Below are positions 1 to 10,229 of a DNA stretch of 64,000 nucleotides, piece after piece. Each line of letters opens with the position of its first letter. Within the stretch, counting starts at the first letter, position 1. The notes under the pieces were generated by a model that worked only from the letters and a program-made list of their open reading frames with translations, did not search any database and was not told where the DNA came from. Origin of the DNA: Longimicrobiales bacterium (lineage in GTDB: Bacteria; Gemmatimonadota; Gemmatimonadetes; Longimicrobiales; Gaopeijiaceae); contig CBDDCX010000007.1 in the NCBI GenBank assembly GCA_965226375.1, positions 1 to 64,000 of the forward strand, given 5' to 3'. The position numbers were made by a program, and so were the translations under genes.

Positions 1-218
1 AACTCGAGGGCGGCCCGGGTAATACGCTGGAGCGTCCGGCGGCTCCGGCTCTGCTTGGGCTGGCGAACGTGCGTGTCACTCATGACGGACCCGAGGAGAA
101 ATAGTACGTACGTTCTAAATACACTGATAGCCCACCGTTTGCAACGAGTTCGGAGTTGCCCCGCGAACGTAGCCGTTCCATTATTCGACTCTTGCGCGCC
201 CAACGGAGGAGTCCTGAT

Positions 219-512
219 ATGGCAAGACGAGACCCCCTTCAGGAGATCCCCGGGGTCGGGCCGAGCATCAGCGCCGATCTTCGGGGCCTTGGCATCGAAC
301 GTGTCTCCGACCTGGTCGGCCAGGACCCTGTGCAGCTCTACGAGCGGCAGTGCACGATTCAGGGGGGATACGTAGACCGTTGCGTGCTCTATACGTTCCG
401 CTGCGCCGTCTATTATGCCACGGAGGAACGGCACGACCCCGAGCTTCTCCTCTGGTGGAATTGGAAGGACCGGACCGAGCTGGACGGAAATGCCGGCGAG
501 GGTCGTAGCTAG
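219..512 (+). CDS. Helix-hairpin-helix protein, Cdd1/'pathogenicity locus'-like
   Basis: ATG at 219 after GGAGGA (205-210); IPGVGPSISADL HhH motif, DRCVLYTFRCAVY and WWNWKD C-terminus typical of the family. Confidence 0.75.
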   Translation: MARRDPLQEIPGVGPSISADLRGLGIERVSDLVGQDPVQLYERQCTIQGGYVDRCVLYTFRCAVYYATEERHDPELLLWWNWKDRTELDGNAGEGRS

Positions 513-546
513 GGTGTGACGTCGCCCGGAGCCGAGGATCGAACCC

Positions 547-1188
547 GTGCAGAAGCCCAACCTGGAGCCCAACCGTAGACAGAGCCGGCGAGATGCGTTC
601 CAACAGGCGGCACAGACCCTCGACGCCACGTTCCTACCCGGCAAGCGGAGTTCGGGGGATGAGGTCCATCTGAAACACGGGCCCTGGCAGTTGATCCTCG
701 ACACCTATACCCAGAGCAACGGCCAGAATACGGTCATGTATACCCGGGCTCGGGCCCTCTACGTGGCCAAGGAGGACTTCACGCTACGCGTCTCGCGAAG
801 GCACATCTTTACTCGGATCGCCGAGCTCCTGGGGTTCCACGGGCTCCTCGTGGGCGACTCAGAGCTCGAGCGGAAGTACACGGTCAAGAGCTCCAACGAG
901 CCCCGGGGACGATCCCTCATGACCGACCGACGGCTCCGTGAACTCATCATGGGGCAGCCGTCCCTGCGGCTCGACATTCGGCGCCTGTCCTGGGGAAGGC
1001 GTAGGAAGAAGGGGGACGGGGTCCGAACCGTGACGGTGCGCACGACCGGGGTGATCAAGGAGTCGGATCGCTTGAGCAACTACATGCTCCTCGTGGCCAC
1101 CACCCTGGACCAACTCGTGAGGATCGGTGTGGCCCACGAGCTTTCGGTGGAAGAGGGACACACCTACGCCCTGCCGCGGCGGGTCTAA
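547..1188 (+). CDS. Hypothetical protein (possibly DUF3137-like)
   Basis: 213-aa ORF with protein-like composition; GDSELERKYTVKSSNE segment resembles DUF3137-type proteins. Confidence 0.55.
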   Translation: MQKPNLEPNRRQSRRDAFQQAAQTLDATFLPGKRSSGDEVHLKHGPWQLILDTYTQSNGQNTVMYTRARALYVAKEDFTLRVSRRHIFTRIAELLGFHGLLVGDSELERKYTVKSSNEPRGRSLMTDRRLRELIMGQPSLRLDIRRLSWGRRRKKGDGVRTVTVRTTGVIKESDRLSNYMLLVATTLDQLVRIGVAHELSVEEGHTYALPRRV

Positions 1189-1286
1189 CAACCCGGCGCG
1201 CGCACGCGCCGAGGGGACCCGCGGGGCCGCAACCGCGTAACACAGGGCGTCCGGCCATTTCCAACCCTGAGAGAGCCCAGCAACCG

Positions 1287-2207
1287 ATGACTCCGACACA
1301 CTCACACCTCCTCGGTCGCGCGGCGCTGATCCTCGTGCTCGCCGCTGTCCTCCTCACCTCACTCCTGAGTGCCCAGCAGCCCATGGGCGCCTCCGTGCTC
1401 GTCGAAGACTTCCCGGAATGGGGCGTCCCGTCGACCTCGTGGAGACCCGCGCCCGAAGGGAGGCGCTCGTCGCACGCCCTGGGCGCCGGTGTCATCGCGG
1501 TTCCGGCGGGTCGGAGTCGCGACCTCGAGACAGAAGTGCTACAGGACAACGACTTCAGGCAGGACGACTACTTTTTCTATCTGACCGGCCTCGAGTCGCC
1601 CGACGCCTGGCTCGTCATGCCGGTTCAGCCATCGGGCGCGGCGCAGAGCCATCTCTTTCTGCCCGAACGCGATCCGGCCACGGAGCAGTGGACCGGAAAG
1701 AGGCTCGGGCCGGGGGATCGTGCGAAGGAGCTGGCGGGCGTGCTGCACGTGCACGCCCTGGCCGATCTCGACGCGGAGCTGCAACGGATGCGCAGGGCCA
1801 CGCCGGGGCCGCTCTTCACCACACTCTACGGCCGGGACCGGAGACAACGAGCGGATCCAAGGTTGGGTCGGATCGGCGAGTGGGATCGATGTGCGCAACG
1901 CGATTCCGGTCCTCGACAGCCTGCGCCTGATCAAGGATGGGGCGGAGATGGTCCGACTGCGCCACGCCATCGACATTACGGCCGAGGCACAACGCCGGGC
2001 GATGCAGGCGATCGAGCCGGGCATGTACGAGTACGAAATCGAGGCCCTGATCGAGCACACGTTCCGATCCAACGGAGCGGACCGGCTCGGGTTTCCGTCG
2101 ATCGTGGGGAGCGGTCCCAACAGCACCACGCTGCACTACGACACGAACCGGCGACAGACGTTGGCGGGCGAGCTCGTGGTCATCGACATCGGCGCGGAAT
2201 ACGGCAA
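1287..2207 (+). pseudogene. Exported Xaa-Pro aminopeptidase (M24B), frameshifted near 1835 and truncated by IS1595
   Basis: Signal peptide; FRQDDYFFYLTG in one frame, then IKDGAEM...GFPSIVGSGPNSTTLHY...VVIDIGAEY in another; sequence stops at the IS end at 2208 and the C-terminal metal ligands are missing. Confidence 0.85.
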
Positions 2208-3275
2208 AGGGGGTATTCCCTTAAGTCCACCGACCCCAAGATATAGTGGTTACCGGGGCTCTGCGGGCCGTTTCCCACGTCCGGTGCCGAGGTAAAGGGC
2301 CGAAGCTGGCGTGGGAGCACACTGAACAGCCTGCTCAAGCAAGCGGTAGAACAACAGGCCGCGAGCCCGGGATGTGTGTCGGTTGAAGCGAAAGGTGAAC
2401 TCGTCCAGATAGTAGGGGAGGTGTTCGCGGGCGATCCCTCCTTGGAGGGTTCCGAGGACCCAGCGCTTGAGGAGAGACGCCACCCGATGTACGGCCGACA
2501 TGAGCACGTGAGCGGGATCGCCGGAGGTCGAGAGGTTCGTGACCGTGTGGCGAAAGCCCAGTTTGGCGAGTCCCTGATAGCTTGGCCATCCGTCGGTATG
2601 CACCGTGCTTGCCGGTGCGATGCTATCCTTGACGAAGCCTCGCAGAACCGGAGCGGAGAGGTCGGGCACCCAACGCAGCCGTATTCTCCCGATCTTGCGT
2701 CCGTCGACCTCGGCGGCGATCGCGACGATGGCCTTCTTGATCGTCTCGCGGCCCCGCACTCCAGCCTCCACGCCCCCGACATAGCTCTCGTCCACTTGCA
2801 CAACGCCGCTCAGCTGGTCGCGATCCGGTCGGACCATGGCCCGGCGGAGCTTGTGGAGCCAGACCCACGCTGTCTTGTAGCTTCCCAGTCCGAGCACGCG
2901 CTGGAGCCCGAGAGCATTGGCTCCGTATTTCTGGCTCGTGAGCTCCCAGGCAGCGAGAAACCACAGACGCAGGGGCGAGCGCGTGCGGTGGAACACGGTT
3001 CCCGCCAGCACCGAGGTCTGCCTTCGACAGTGTGGGCAGACGAGACGCCCCCGCGATGCTCGCCAGACCTCTCCCAACCCGCCACAGCCCACGCACACAA
3101 ACCCTTCCGGCCCAGCGCAGACCCTCCACGTACTCCAGGCATGCCGCATCGTCGGGGAAGAACTCGTCCAACTCCAGCCGCGTACGGGGATAGTCCACGC
3201 CGCCACGGAGCTGAGAAGCCGGAACCGCCATGACCACAACATGTAGTGGGCGGTGGACTTAAGGCAATACCCCAT
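2208..3275 (-). mobile_element. IS1595-family element, copy 1 (1068 bp; transposase frameshifted)
   Basis: Ends AGGGGGTATTCCCTTAAGTCCACCG / CGGTGGACTTAAGGCAATACCCCAT; zinc ribbon (CVGC, CPHC), VQVDESYVGG, HTDGW, YLDEFTFRFNR; one extra C near 3111 relative to copies 2 and 3; flanks TACGGCAA / TGAGGGCA do not form a target duplication. Confidence 0.95.
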
Positions 3276-3286
3276 TGAGGGCAAAT

Positions 3287-3958
3287 ATGACGCAGAGTCG
3301 GAGAACCGACGGATTTCAGCGTATGGGAACCGTCTTCCTGGTGGACGACAACGCCGGTGTCCGGACCGCGCTCGGCAGGGTCTTCCAATCCGTGGGGTAC
3401 GAGGTCCAACAGTTCGACTCCGCCCAAGCGTATCTCGAACGCGCGTCCCCGGAAGATTCGGGATGTCTCGTGCTGGACATCAAGATGCCGGGCATGACGG
3501 GGCTCGACCTCCAGGAGCGCTTGTCCACGCTCGGATTCACGACCCCCATCATTTTCATCACCGGCTATGGCAACGTGCCGGCCAGCGTTCGCGCCATGAA
3601 ATGGGGCGCAGTGGACTTTTTCGAAAAGCCCCTCAACCACGGGGAGTTGTTGGATGCGGTGGAACGCGCCGTGAAGCAGGATGCTGAGGACAGGGAACAG
3701 CGAAGTGATCGGGTCGAGGCCCGGCTCGATTTCGAGGTCCTGACGCCGCGACAGTTCGAAGTCATGACGTGCATGGTTGACGGCATGCCGAACGGAGAAA
3801 TCGCGCAAGAGCTCGAGATCAGTGATAAGACCGTCAAGATTCACCGTGCGCGTGTCATGAAAAAGATGGAGGCGGGGTCGTTGGCGGACCTCATGCGTAT
3901 GGCTCGGAACACCGGCTTCCAAAATCGCCGGAGGGACGCACCTCCAACTTCCGCCTGA
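3287..3958 (+). CDS. FixJ/LuxR-family two-component response regulator (start 3287 or 3323)
   Basis: VFLVDDN, CLVLDIKMPGMTG, AVDFFEKP receiver motifs; LTPRQFEV...NGEIAQELEISDKTVKIHRARVMKKM LuxR HTH. Confidence 0.92.
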   Translation: MTQSRRTDGFQRMGTVFLVDDNAGVRTALGRVFQSVGYEVQQFDSAQAYLERASPEDSGCLVLDIKMPGMTGLDLQERLSTLGFTTPIIFITGYGNVPASVRAMKWGAVDFFEKPLNHGELLDAVERAVKQDAEDREQRSDRVEARLDFEVLTPRQFEVMTCMVDGMPNGEIAQELEISDKTVKIHRARVMKKMEAGSLADLMRMARNTGFQNRRRDAPPTSA

Positions 3959-3969
3959 AGCTGCGGCAC

Positions 3970-5395
3970 CTACCGGATCACCTGCGGCTGATCCGGGCTC
4001 CGGTCCCAGCTCTGGGCGCTCGAGATGTTGGGCATGTTCCAGTCGTTTCCGTTCCACCCCTGGAAGCCCTCGAGCCTGAATGCCCAAAAGCCGGTGTTGA
4101 AATCGCTCACCACAATGAGTCCATCCGCGTTGCGGACGTCGACGCCCCAGGCGCCGTCGTAGATGTTGCCCGTCGTGCGCGAATGATCCCCCGAAAACAT
4201 GGCGTCACCGTGGAGGCTCGGGCCTTGCCGTGTGTGGCAGTACCCCTCGGTGAAGGGGCCGTGTGGGATCCGTCATATTGACGATCTGGAGTCCGTCCTC
4301 CTGGGCAGAGATGAAGACGTACGGCCACCGGACCTCATGGTTGTGGGTCGCACCCCCGAACTTTGCCATCCAAGCTCCGATCCCGGATCCCCTGACGATG
4401 TTAGGCGTCTGTCCCTCGGAGCCGGGAGGCTGCAGATCGAAGAAACGGATCGGGGAGTGCTGATAGGTGGGCCCGGACATGCCGAGCCCATACCGTCCGT
4501 CTGGCGTGGGCGTAAAGGTGTGCCCGTTCTCGACTCCCGGGATGCCGGTTACCGAGGTGAGGAGCCGCGGGTTCTCCACGTCCGTGATGTCGAAGACGTG
4601 GTAGCCCCCGGTCCCGGCGCCGTAGAAGCGATCCTGCCCGGCGTCGGGCAGGAAGCCCAGGTACATATCGTGCCACTCACGGGCGCGGGTGGCTGAGGGT
4701 TGGGGCACGCTGACCGCGGAGACCGGATCGGTGTTGCCGGCCGCGACCTGCGCGATGTCGTACACGAAGGCGTCCTCCGACGTGGTCGTTGCGACCAGGA
4801 GTGAGCGGCCATTTGAGTGCTTGTAGGTGAAGATGTTGTGAAAGCCCCCAGGTAGTCCCGGAACTCGCAGGTCCGCCACCTTCCGCACCGTCGACGCATC
4901 GGGTAACCCGGTCACGTCGAAGACCATCGCCCCCAGGTCGGCGTCGGGCCCGCCCTGCCCGAACTCGCACGAAACGATCAGGTAGTAGCGGCCCTCAGCC
5001 TTGGCGTACCTCGGATCGAGACATCCGGAGCCGAGGTGGAGATCGGGGTCGTCCACGATGTAACGGTAGAGGACCTTCGGATGTTGCTCGTCTTCGAGAC
5101 TGATCGCGTAGAAGCCGGCCGCGCCGAAACGCTGTGCGATGTAGGCGAGCGGGCGATCGAGTGCCTGTTCGATCTCGATGTCGGCGTGGCTGAAGCGCTC
5201 GCCCGGGAGAGGAATGTGCGAGACGACCTCGATGTTCGGCGTGCCGCGGTGGCCCACGGGATAACCCGTCTCGGGCTGTATACAGGTCGGGTCGCCGAAA
5301 CACGTCACCTGAGCGGTCGCATGCGAGGCCCTAACGCCGATGCACAGGATAGCGAGTGTGAGCGTACCCAAGACCGTCTGTGTCGAGTAGTACAT
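3970..5395 (-). CDS. Secreted His-rich beta-propeller (LVIVD/choice-of-anchor-B-like), paralog 3; +1 frameshift in GGGG at 4255-4258
   Basis: Signal peptide then AQVTCFGDPTC; colinear with paralogs at 7150-8628 and 8637-10061; removing one G joins ORF 4205-5395 to ORF 3970-4200. Confidence 0.8.
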
Positions 5396-5624
5396 GAGAA
5401 TCCTTGCCTCCGCCTAGTTGATCTGCTGTGGAAGGTCGGGGTTCTGATCCCACATCTGCGCTCTCGAGACGTTGGGCAGTCGTTTCCGTTCAGCCCTGAA
5501 AACCGACCATCCTGAATGCTGAGAATCCCGTACTTGAAGTCGCTCATTACGATGAGCCCATCCGTGTTCCGGATGTCGACGCCCCAAGCACCGTCGTAGA
5601 TGTTGCCCGTGGTGTTGTTACCAG

Positions 5625-6949
5625 TAATCAGCGCACCCGGTACAGCCTACCCTGATCCTTTACACAATGGCCTACACTGATGGTTGACAGGTTCCTATCA
5701 ACCAAGGGTTCTGCAACTAGGAGAGCCCGATGGACTGGAACCAGTCGACCATGTACGAGCAAAGAGTACGCTTCATCCTCGAAGTGCAGCAACGCACGTT
5801 CAGTTTCGCCGAGTCCTGTAGACGCTACGGCATCAGCAGGACCGCGGGATACACGTGGTGGAATCGTTTTCTCGCGGAGGGATTCGAGGGGCTCCATGAC
5901 CGATCGCACCGACCCCATCACTGCCCCCACGCCGTAGCAGAGCCGATTGTAGAACACGTCGTCGATCTGCGTCAGCGCTACGGATGGGGATCACGCAAGA
6001 TCCGCAAACTCACAGCTGTGAAGTTCGGCTCGGCACCAGCTCGCAGAACGATCGATCGTATTTTCGAGCGTCACGATCTGATCACGAAGAAGCGTAGACG
6101 CTCCGGCAAACCGGGCCATCCCGGCAAGCCGCTCACCCCCATGGATGAGCCTAATGCGGTCTGGACCGTCGACTTCAAAGGTCAGTTCAAGATGCGCAAC
6201 GGCCGATACTGCTATCCCCTCACCATCCAGGACGGCTTCAGCCGATTCCTGCTCGAGTGCAGAGGCCTGTATTCCACATCGATCGAGCTCGCCAAGCCTG
6301 TATTCATCAAGACTTTCCGTGAGTTCGGCCTTCCCGCCGTCATCCGCTCCGACAACGGCACGCCCTTCGCTTCCATCGGCCTCGCTCGACTCACACGGCT
6401 CAGCGCCTGGTGGATCCGTCTCGGTATCCGTCCTGAGACCATCGAGCCCGGAAAGCCGCAGCAGAACGGCCGCCACGAACGCATGCACAGAACTCTCAAG
6501 CGCGAAGCCACTCGCCCGCCCAAGGCCAACCTCAGTGCCCAGCAGCGCCACTTCAACGACTTCCGCCACACCTTCAATCACATCCGCCCGCACGAGGCTC
6601 TCGACGATGCGACTCCCCAATCAGTCTACCGATCGGCTCTTAGAGCTTACCCCGAGACCCTCCCTCCTCTCGAGTACCCCGAACACTTCGAGGTCCGTAA
6701 AGTCTCTACAAATGGAGGCATCCGATGGCACTCGCGTTGGATCAACATCAGCTCGGCGCTGGGCAACGAGTTCGTCGGCCTCGAACCCATCGGTCCCGCG
6801 CTGTGGCAGCTCTACTTCGGACCCACTACCCTCGGGTGGTTTGACGAAGAACTCTTCGTCATTTTCGACACCCACGGCAACACAGGACGTAACCCAATCT
6901 GTTAACCATCAGCTAGCACCATTGTGTTAACCATCAGCTGCGCTGTTCA
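5625..6949 (+). mobile_element. IS481-family insertion sequence (ends approximate)
   Basis: Contains intact transposase; TGTTAACCATCAGCT repeated twice at the right end, with inverted CTGATGGTTGACA near the left end; lower GC than flanks. Confidence 0.85.
5730..6905 (+). CDS. IS481-family transposase
   Basis: N-terminal HTH (CRRYGISRTAGYTWW), WTVDFKG, IRSDNGTPF, GKPQQNGRHERMHRTLK, RPHEAL. Confidence 0.93.
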   Translation: MDWNQSTMYEQRVRFILEVQQRTFSFAESCRRYGISRTAGYTWWNRFLAEGFEGLHDRSHRPHHCPHAVAEPIVEHVVDLRQRYGWGSRKIRKLTAVKFGSAPARRTIDRIFERHDLITKKRRRSGKPGHPGKPLTPMDEPNAVWTVDFKGQFKMRNGRYCYPLTIQDGFSRFLLECRGLYSTSIELAKPVFIKTFREFGLPAVIRSDNGTPFASIGLARLTRLSAWWIRLGIRPETIEPGKPQQNGRHERMHRTLKREATRPPKANLSAQQRHFNDFRHTFNHIRPHEALDDATPQSVYRSALRAYPETLPPLEYPEHFEVRKVSTNGGIRWHSRWINISSALGNEFVGLEPIGPALWQLYFGPTTLGWFDEELFVIFDTHGNTGRNPIC

Positions 6950-7149
6950 CCCTCTCCTCCGAAGAGCATGGGACCCGGAAGTTGCAGGTCGATGAAGGCG
7001 GATCGGTGAGTTTCGGTAGATGGGCTCGGACATGCCGAGACCGTACCGTCCGTCGGGCGTGGGTATGAAGGTGTGCGACGGGTGCGCAACGCCTTCTACA
7101 CCGACGGAGCCAGTGCCGCCGCCGCTATCAACCCCGCGCATGATCCCCC

Positions 7150-8628
7150 TTACCGGATCTGCTGCGGCTGATCCGGACTCTGATCCCAGTTTTGCGCGCT
7201 CGAGATGTTCGGCATGTTCCAGTCGTTGCCATTCCAGCCCTGGAAACCCTCCAGCCGGAACGCCCAGAAACCGGTGTTGAAGTCGCTCACCACGATGAGG
7301 CCATCCGCATTCCGGATGTCCACGCCCCAGGCGCCATTGTAGATGTTGCCGGTGGTTGCGGTACCCGCGTTCAAGGCACCCTCTCCCGCGAAGAGCGCCG
7401 GGGTCCCCCGTGTGTGGTAGTAGCCGACCGTGAAGGGCCGCGAGGGATCTGCCATGTTGATGATCTGGAGCCCGTCATCCTGCGCCGAGACGAAGACGTA
7501 CGGCCAGCGGATCTCGTGGTTGTGAGTCGCCCCTCCGAACTTCGCGATCCAGGCTCCGACCCCGGAGCCTCTCACGATGTTAGGAGTCTGGCCCTCCGAC
7601 CCTTCGGGTCGCAGGTCGAAGAAGCGGATCGGCGAGTGCTGGTAGGTCGGAACGGGCATGCCGATCGCATAACGCCCGTCGGGCGTCGGCGTGAAGGTGT
7701 GGCCGTCCGAGACGCCCGGAATGCCCGTGACGGACGTAATGAGCCTCGGATTTTCGAGGTCCGTGACGTCGTAGACGTGGAAACCCCCGCCTCCGGCCCC
7801 GTAGAAGCGATCCTGACCGGCATCGGGCAGGAAACCGAGGTACATGTCGTGCCACGTCTGGTAGTTGGTCGCGGTCGGATTGGGGACGGAGATCGCCGAG
7901 ACGGGCTCGGTGATACCGGCGGCGACCTGCTCGAGATCGTATACCCACGCGTCCTCCTCCTTGGTGGTCGCAACCAACAGCGACCGGCCATTGGAGTGCC
8001 GGTACGTGAAGATGTTGTGGAAGCCTCCCGGCATGAGAGGATTTCGTAGATCCGCAACCTTGCGCACGGTCGATCCGTCGGGCAGCCCCGTCACATCGAA
8101 GACCATCGCACCCAGGTCGCTGTCCGGCCCCGCCTGGCTGAACTCGCAGGACACGATCACGTAGTACCGGCCGGCGGCCTTGGCATACTTGATGTCCACG
8201 CATCCGCTACCGAGGTGGAGATCGGGGTCGTCGACGATGTACCGGTACAGTACCCTGGGATGCTCCGGGTCCTCGAGGCTGATCGCATAGAAGCCCGAGG
8301 CGCCGTGACGCTGCGCGATGTACGCAAAGGGTCGGTCCATCTCCTGCTCGATCTCGATGTCGGCGTGGCTGAAGCGCTGCCCGGGCAGAGGCACGTGTGA
8401 GACGACCTCGATGTTGGGTGTACCGGGCTGGCCGACCGCATAGCCCGTCTCGGGCTGTACACACGTCGGATCGCCGAAGCACATGACCTGGGCCGAGGCG
8501 GAGGAAGAGGTCAGGCCGACCGTCAGAGCGGCCAGGGTAAGTCCGAATAAAGCCGCCAGGTTTGGCCGGACCGACAGAAAGGGTCGGACTGACAAGATTG
8601 GCTGGGGCCACAGAATTGGCTTGTGCAT
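7150..8628 (-). CDS. Secreted His-rich beta-propeller, paralog 2
   Basis: ATG at 8628 after a G-rich RBS just downstream of the paralog-1 stop; signal peptide ending ASAQ; FSHAD, FHNIF, WHDMY, GHTFT, THNHE, GAWGVD motifs. Confidence 0.85.
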   Translation of the reverse strand: MHKPILWPQPILSVRPFLSVRPNLAALFGLTLAALTVGLTSSSASAQVMCFGDPTCVQPETGYAVGQPGTPNIEVVSHVPLPGQRFSHADIEIEQEMDRPFAYIAQRHGASGFYAISLEDPEHPRVLYRYIVDDPDLHLGSGCVDIKYAKAAGRYYVIVSCEFSQAGPDSDLGAMVFDVTGLPDGSTVRKVADLRNPLMPGGFHNIFTYRHSNGRSLLVATTKEEDAWVYDLEQVAAGITEPVSAISVPNPTATNYQTWHDMYLGFLPDAGQDRFYGAGGGGFHVYDVTDLENPRLITSVTGIPGVSDGHTFTPTPDGRYAIGMPVPTYQHSPIRFFDLRPEGSEGQTPNIVRGSGVGAWIAKFGGATHNHEIRWPYVFVSAQDDGLQIINMADPSRPFTVGYYHTRGTPALFAGEGALNAGTATTGNIYNGAWGVDIRNADGLIVVSDFNTGFWAFRLEGFQGWNGNDWNMPNISSAQNWDQSPDQPQQIR

Positions 8629-8636
8629 GATCCCCC

Positions 8637-10061
8637 CTACCTGATCGCTTGCGGCTGATCCGGGCTCTGATCCCAGTTCTGCGCGCTCGAAATGTTGGGC
8701 ATGTTCCAGTCGTTGCCGTTCCAGCCCTGGAAGCCGTCCAGCCTGAACGCCCAGAACCCCGTGTTGAAGTCGCTCACCACAATGAGTCCGTCCGCGTCCC
8801 GAATATCGATGCCCCAGGCACCGTCGTAGATGTTGCCGGTGGTGGCCTGGCTCGGGCGCTGACCGTCCCCGTAGAGCATGGGACCGATACGTGTGTTGTA
8901 GTAACCGACCGTGTAAGGGTGCGTGGGATCGGCCATGTTCACGATCTGCAGTCCGTCGTCCTGTGCCGAGATGAACACGTAGGGCCAACGTATCTCATGG
9001 TTGTGGGTCGAGCCCCCGAACTTGGCGATCCAGGCCCCCACGCCGGACCCTCTCACGATGTTCGGAGTCTGCCCCTCGGAGCCCTCCGGTCGTAGGTCGA
9101 AGAACCGGACCGGAGAGTGCTGGTAGGTGGGCTCGGGCATGCCGAGTCCGTACCGCCCGTCCGGCGTGGGGGTGAAGGTATGTCCGTTCTCGACCCCGGG
9201 GACGCCCGTGACGGAGGTCAGAAGCCGGGGATTTTCCACGTCCGTCAGGTCGAAGACATGGAAGCCCCCGGTACCTGCCCCGTAGAAGCGGTCCTGCCCG
9301 GCATCGGGAAGGAACCCCACGTACATGTCGTGCCACTGGCGGCTACGCGACTCGGAGGGCTGAGGAACGGAGATGGCCGAGACCGGATCCAGGTTCCCGG
9401 CCGCGAGCTGGGCGATGTCATAGATGAACGCGTCTTTCGACTGCGTGGTCGCCAACAAAAGGGACCGCCCGTTGGAATGCCTGTACGTGTAGACGTTGTG
9501 GAAGCCCCCCGGCAGGTCCGGAAGCCTGAGCTCCGCGACCTTGCGCACGGTCGAGGCATCGGGTAGTCCGGTCACGTCGAAGATCATCGCACCCAGATCG
9601 AAGTCCGGCCCACCCTGTCCGAACTGGCAAGAGACGATCACGTAGTAGCGGCCCTCGGCCTTAGCATATTTGATGTCCACACATCCGGTGCCGAGGTGGA
9701 GGTCCGGGTCGTCGACGATGTAGCGGTAAAGAACCTCTGGATTCGCCTCATCTTCGAGGCTGATGGCATAAAAGCCCGACGCCCCGAAGCGCTGGGCGAT
9801 GTAGGCGAACGGCCGATCCATCTCCTGCTCGATCTCGATGTCGGCGTGGCTGAAAATCACGCCAGGCAAGGGCTGGTGTGATATGACCTCGATGTTCGGC
9901 GTGCCCGGCCGGCCCACGGGATAACCCGTCTCCGGCTGGATGCAGGTCGGGTCGCCAAAGCACGTCACCTGCGCCGGCGCGCTGGACGCCATGAGGCCGA
10001 CGGCCGCAGCCGCCAAAGTGAGCGTGTAGACAACCGGCAGTATGCGCTGGCGCATGGTCAC
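8637..10061 (-). CDS. Secreted His-rich beta-propeller, paralog 1
   Basis: 474-aa ORF with signal peptide (APAQ) and the same blade motifs as paralogs 2 and 3. Confidence 0.85.
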   Translation of the reverse strand: MTMRQRILPVVYTLTLAAAAVGLMASSAPAQVTCFGDPTCIQPETGYPVGRPGTPNIEVISHQPLPGVIFSHADIEIEQEMDRPFAYIAQRFGASGFYAISLEDEANPEVLYRYIVDDPDLHLGTGCVDIKYAKAEGRYYVIVSCQFGQGGPDFDLGAMIFDVTGLPDASTVRKVAELRLPDLPGGFHNVYTYRHSNGRSLLLATTQSKDAFIYDIAQLAAGNLDPVSAISVPQPSESRSRQWHDMYVGFLPDAGQDRFYGAGTGGFHVFDLTDVENPRLLTSVTGVPGVENGHTFTPTPDGRYGLGMPEPTYQHSPVRFFDLRPEGSEGQTPNIVRGSGVGAWIAKFGGSTHNHEIRWPYVFISAQDDGLQIVNMADPTHPYTVGYYNTRIGPMLYGDGQRPSQATTGNIYDGAWGIDIRDADGLIVVSDFNTGFWAFRLDGFQGWNGNDWNMPNISSAQNWDQSPDQPQAIR

Positions 10062-10229
10062 TCCTCAACGTTTGGAATCCGAGCGTGCCCACCGCTCAGC
10101 CGTCACTCTGTTCACTGGGCAACCCGAGAAATCTCGATAGCCAAGGCAATCACCCCACCGCCAGCCGGGTCCCAGACCCGACCGAGATGGCCGCGTTTGG
10201 CCGCCGGGGTGCCGGTCGATCAGGCTAGC

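Larger units (their letters stand above)
5414..7141 (-). pseudogene. Decayed fourth beta-propeller paralog, split by IS481
   Basis: 6950-7141 encodes HTFIPTPDGRYGLGMSEPIYRNSPIR; 5414-5624 encodes TTGNIYDGAWGVDIRNTDGLIVMSDF...WDQNPDLPQQIN* with several small deletions; N-terminal half absent. Confidence 0.85.

Noticed and set aside
8629..8988. N-terminal extension of the 612-aa ORF 7150-8988
   Set aside because: It overlaps paralog 1 out of frame; the real start with RBS and signal peptide is 8628
3970..10061. Diversity-generating retroelement acting on the paralogs
   Set aside because: No reverse transcriptase in the window, and the differences include indels and are not visibly adenine-specific
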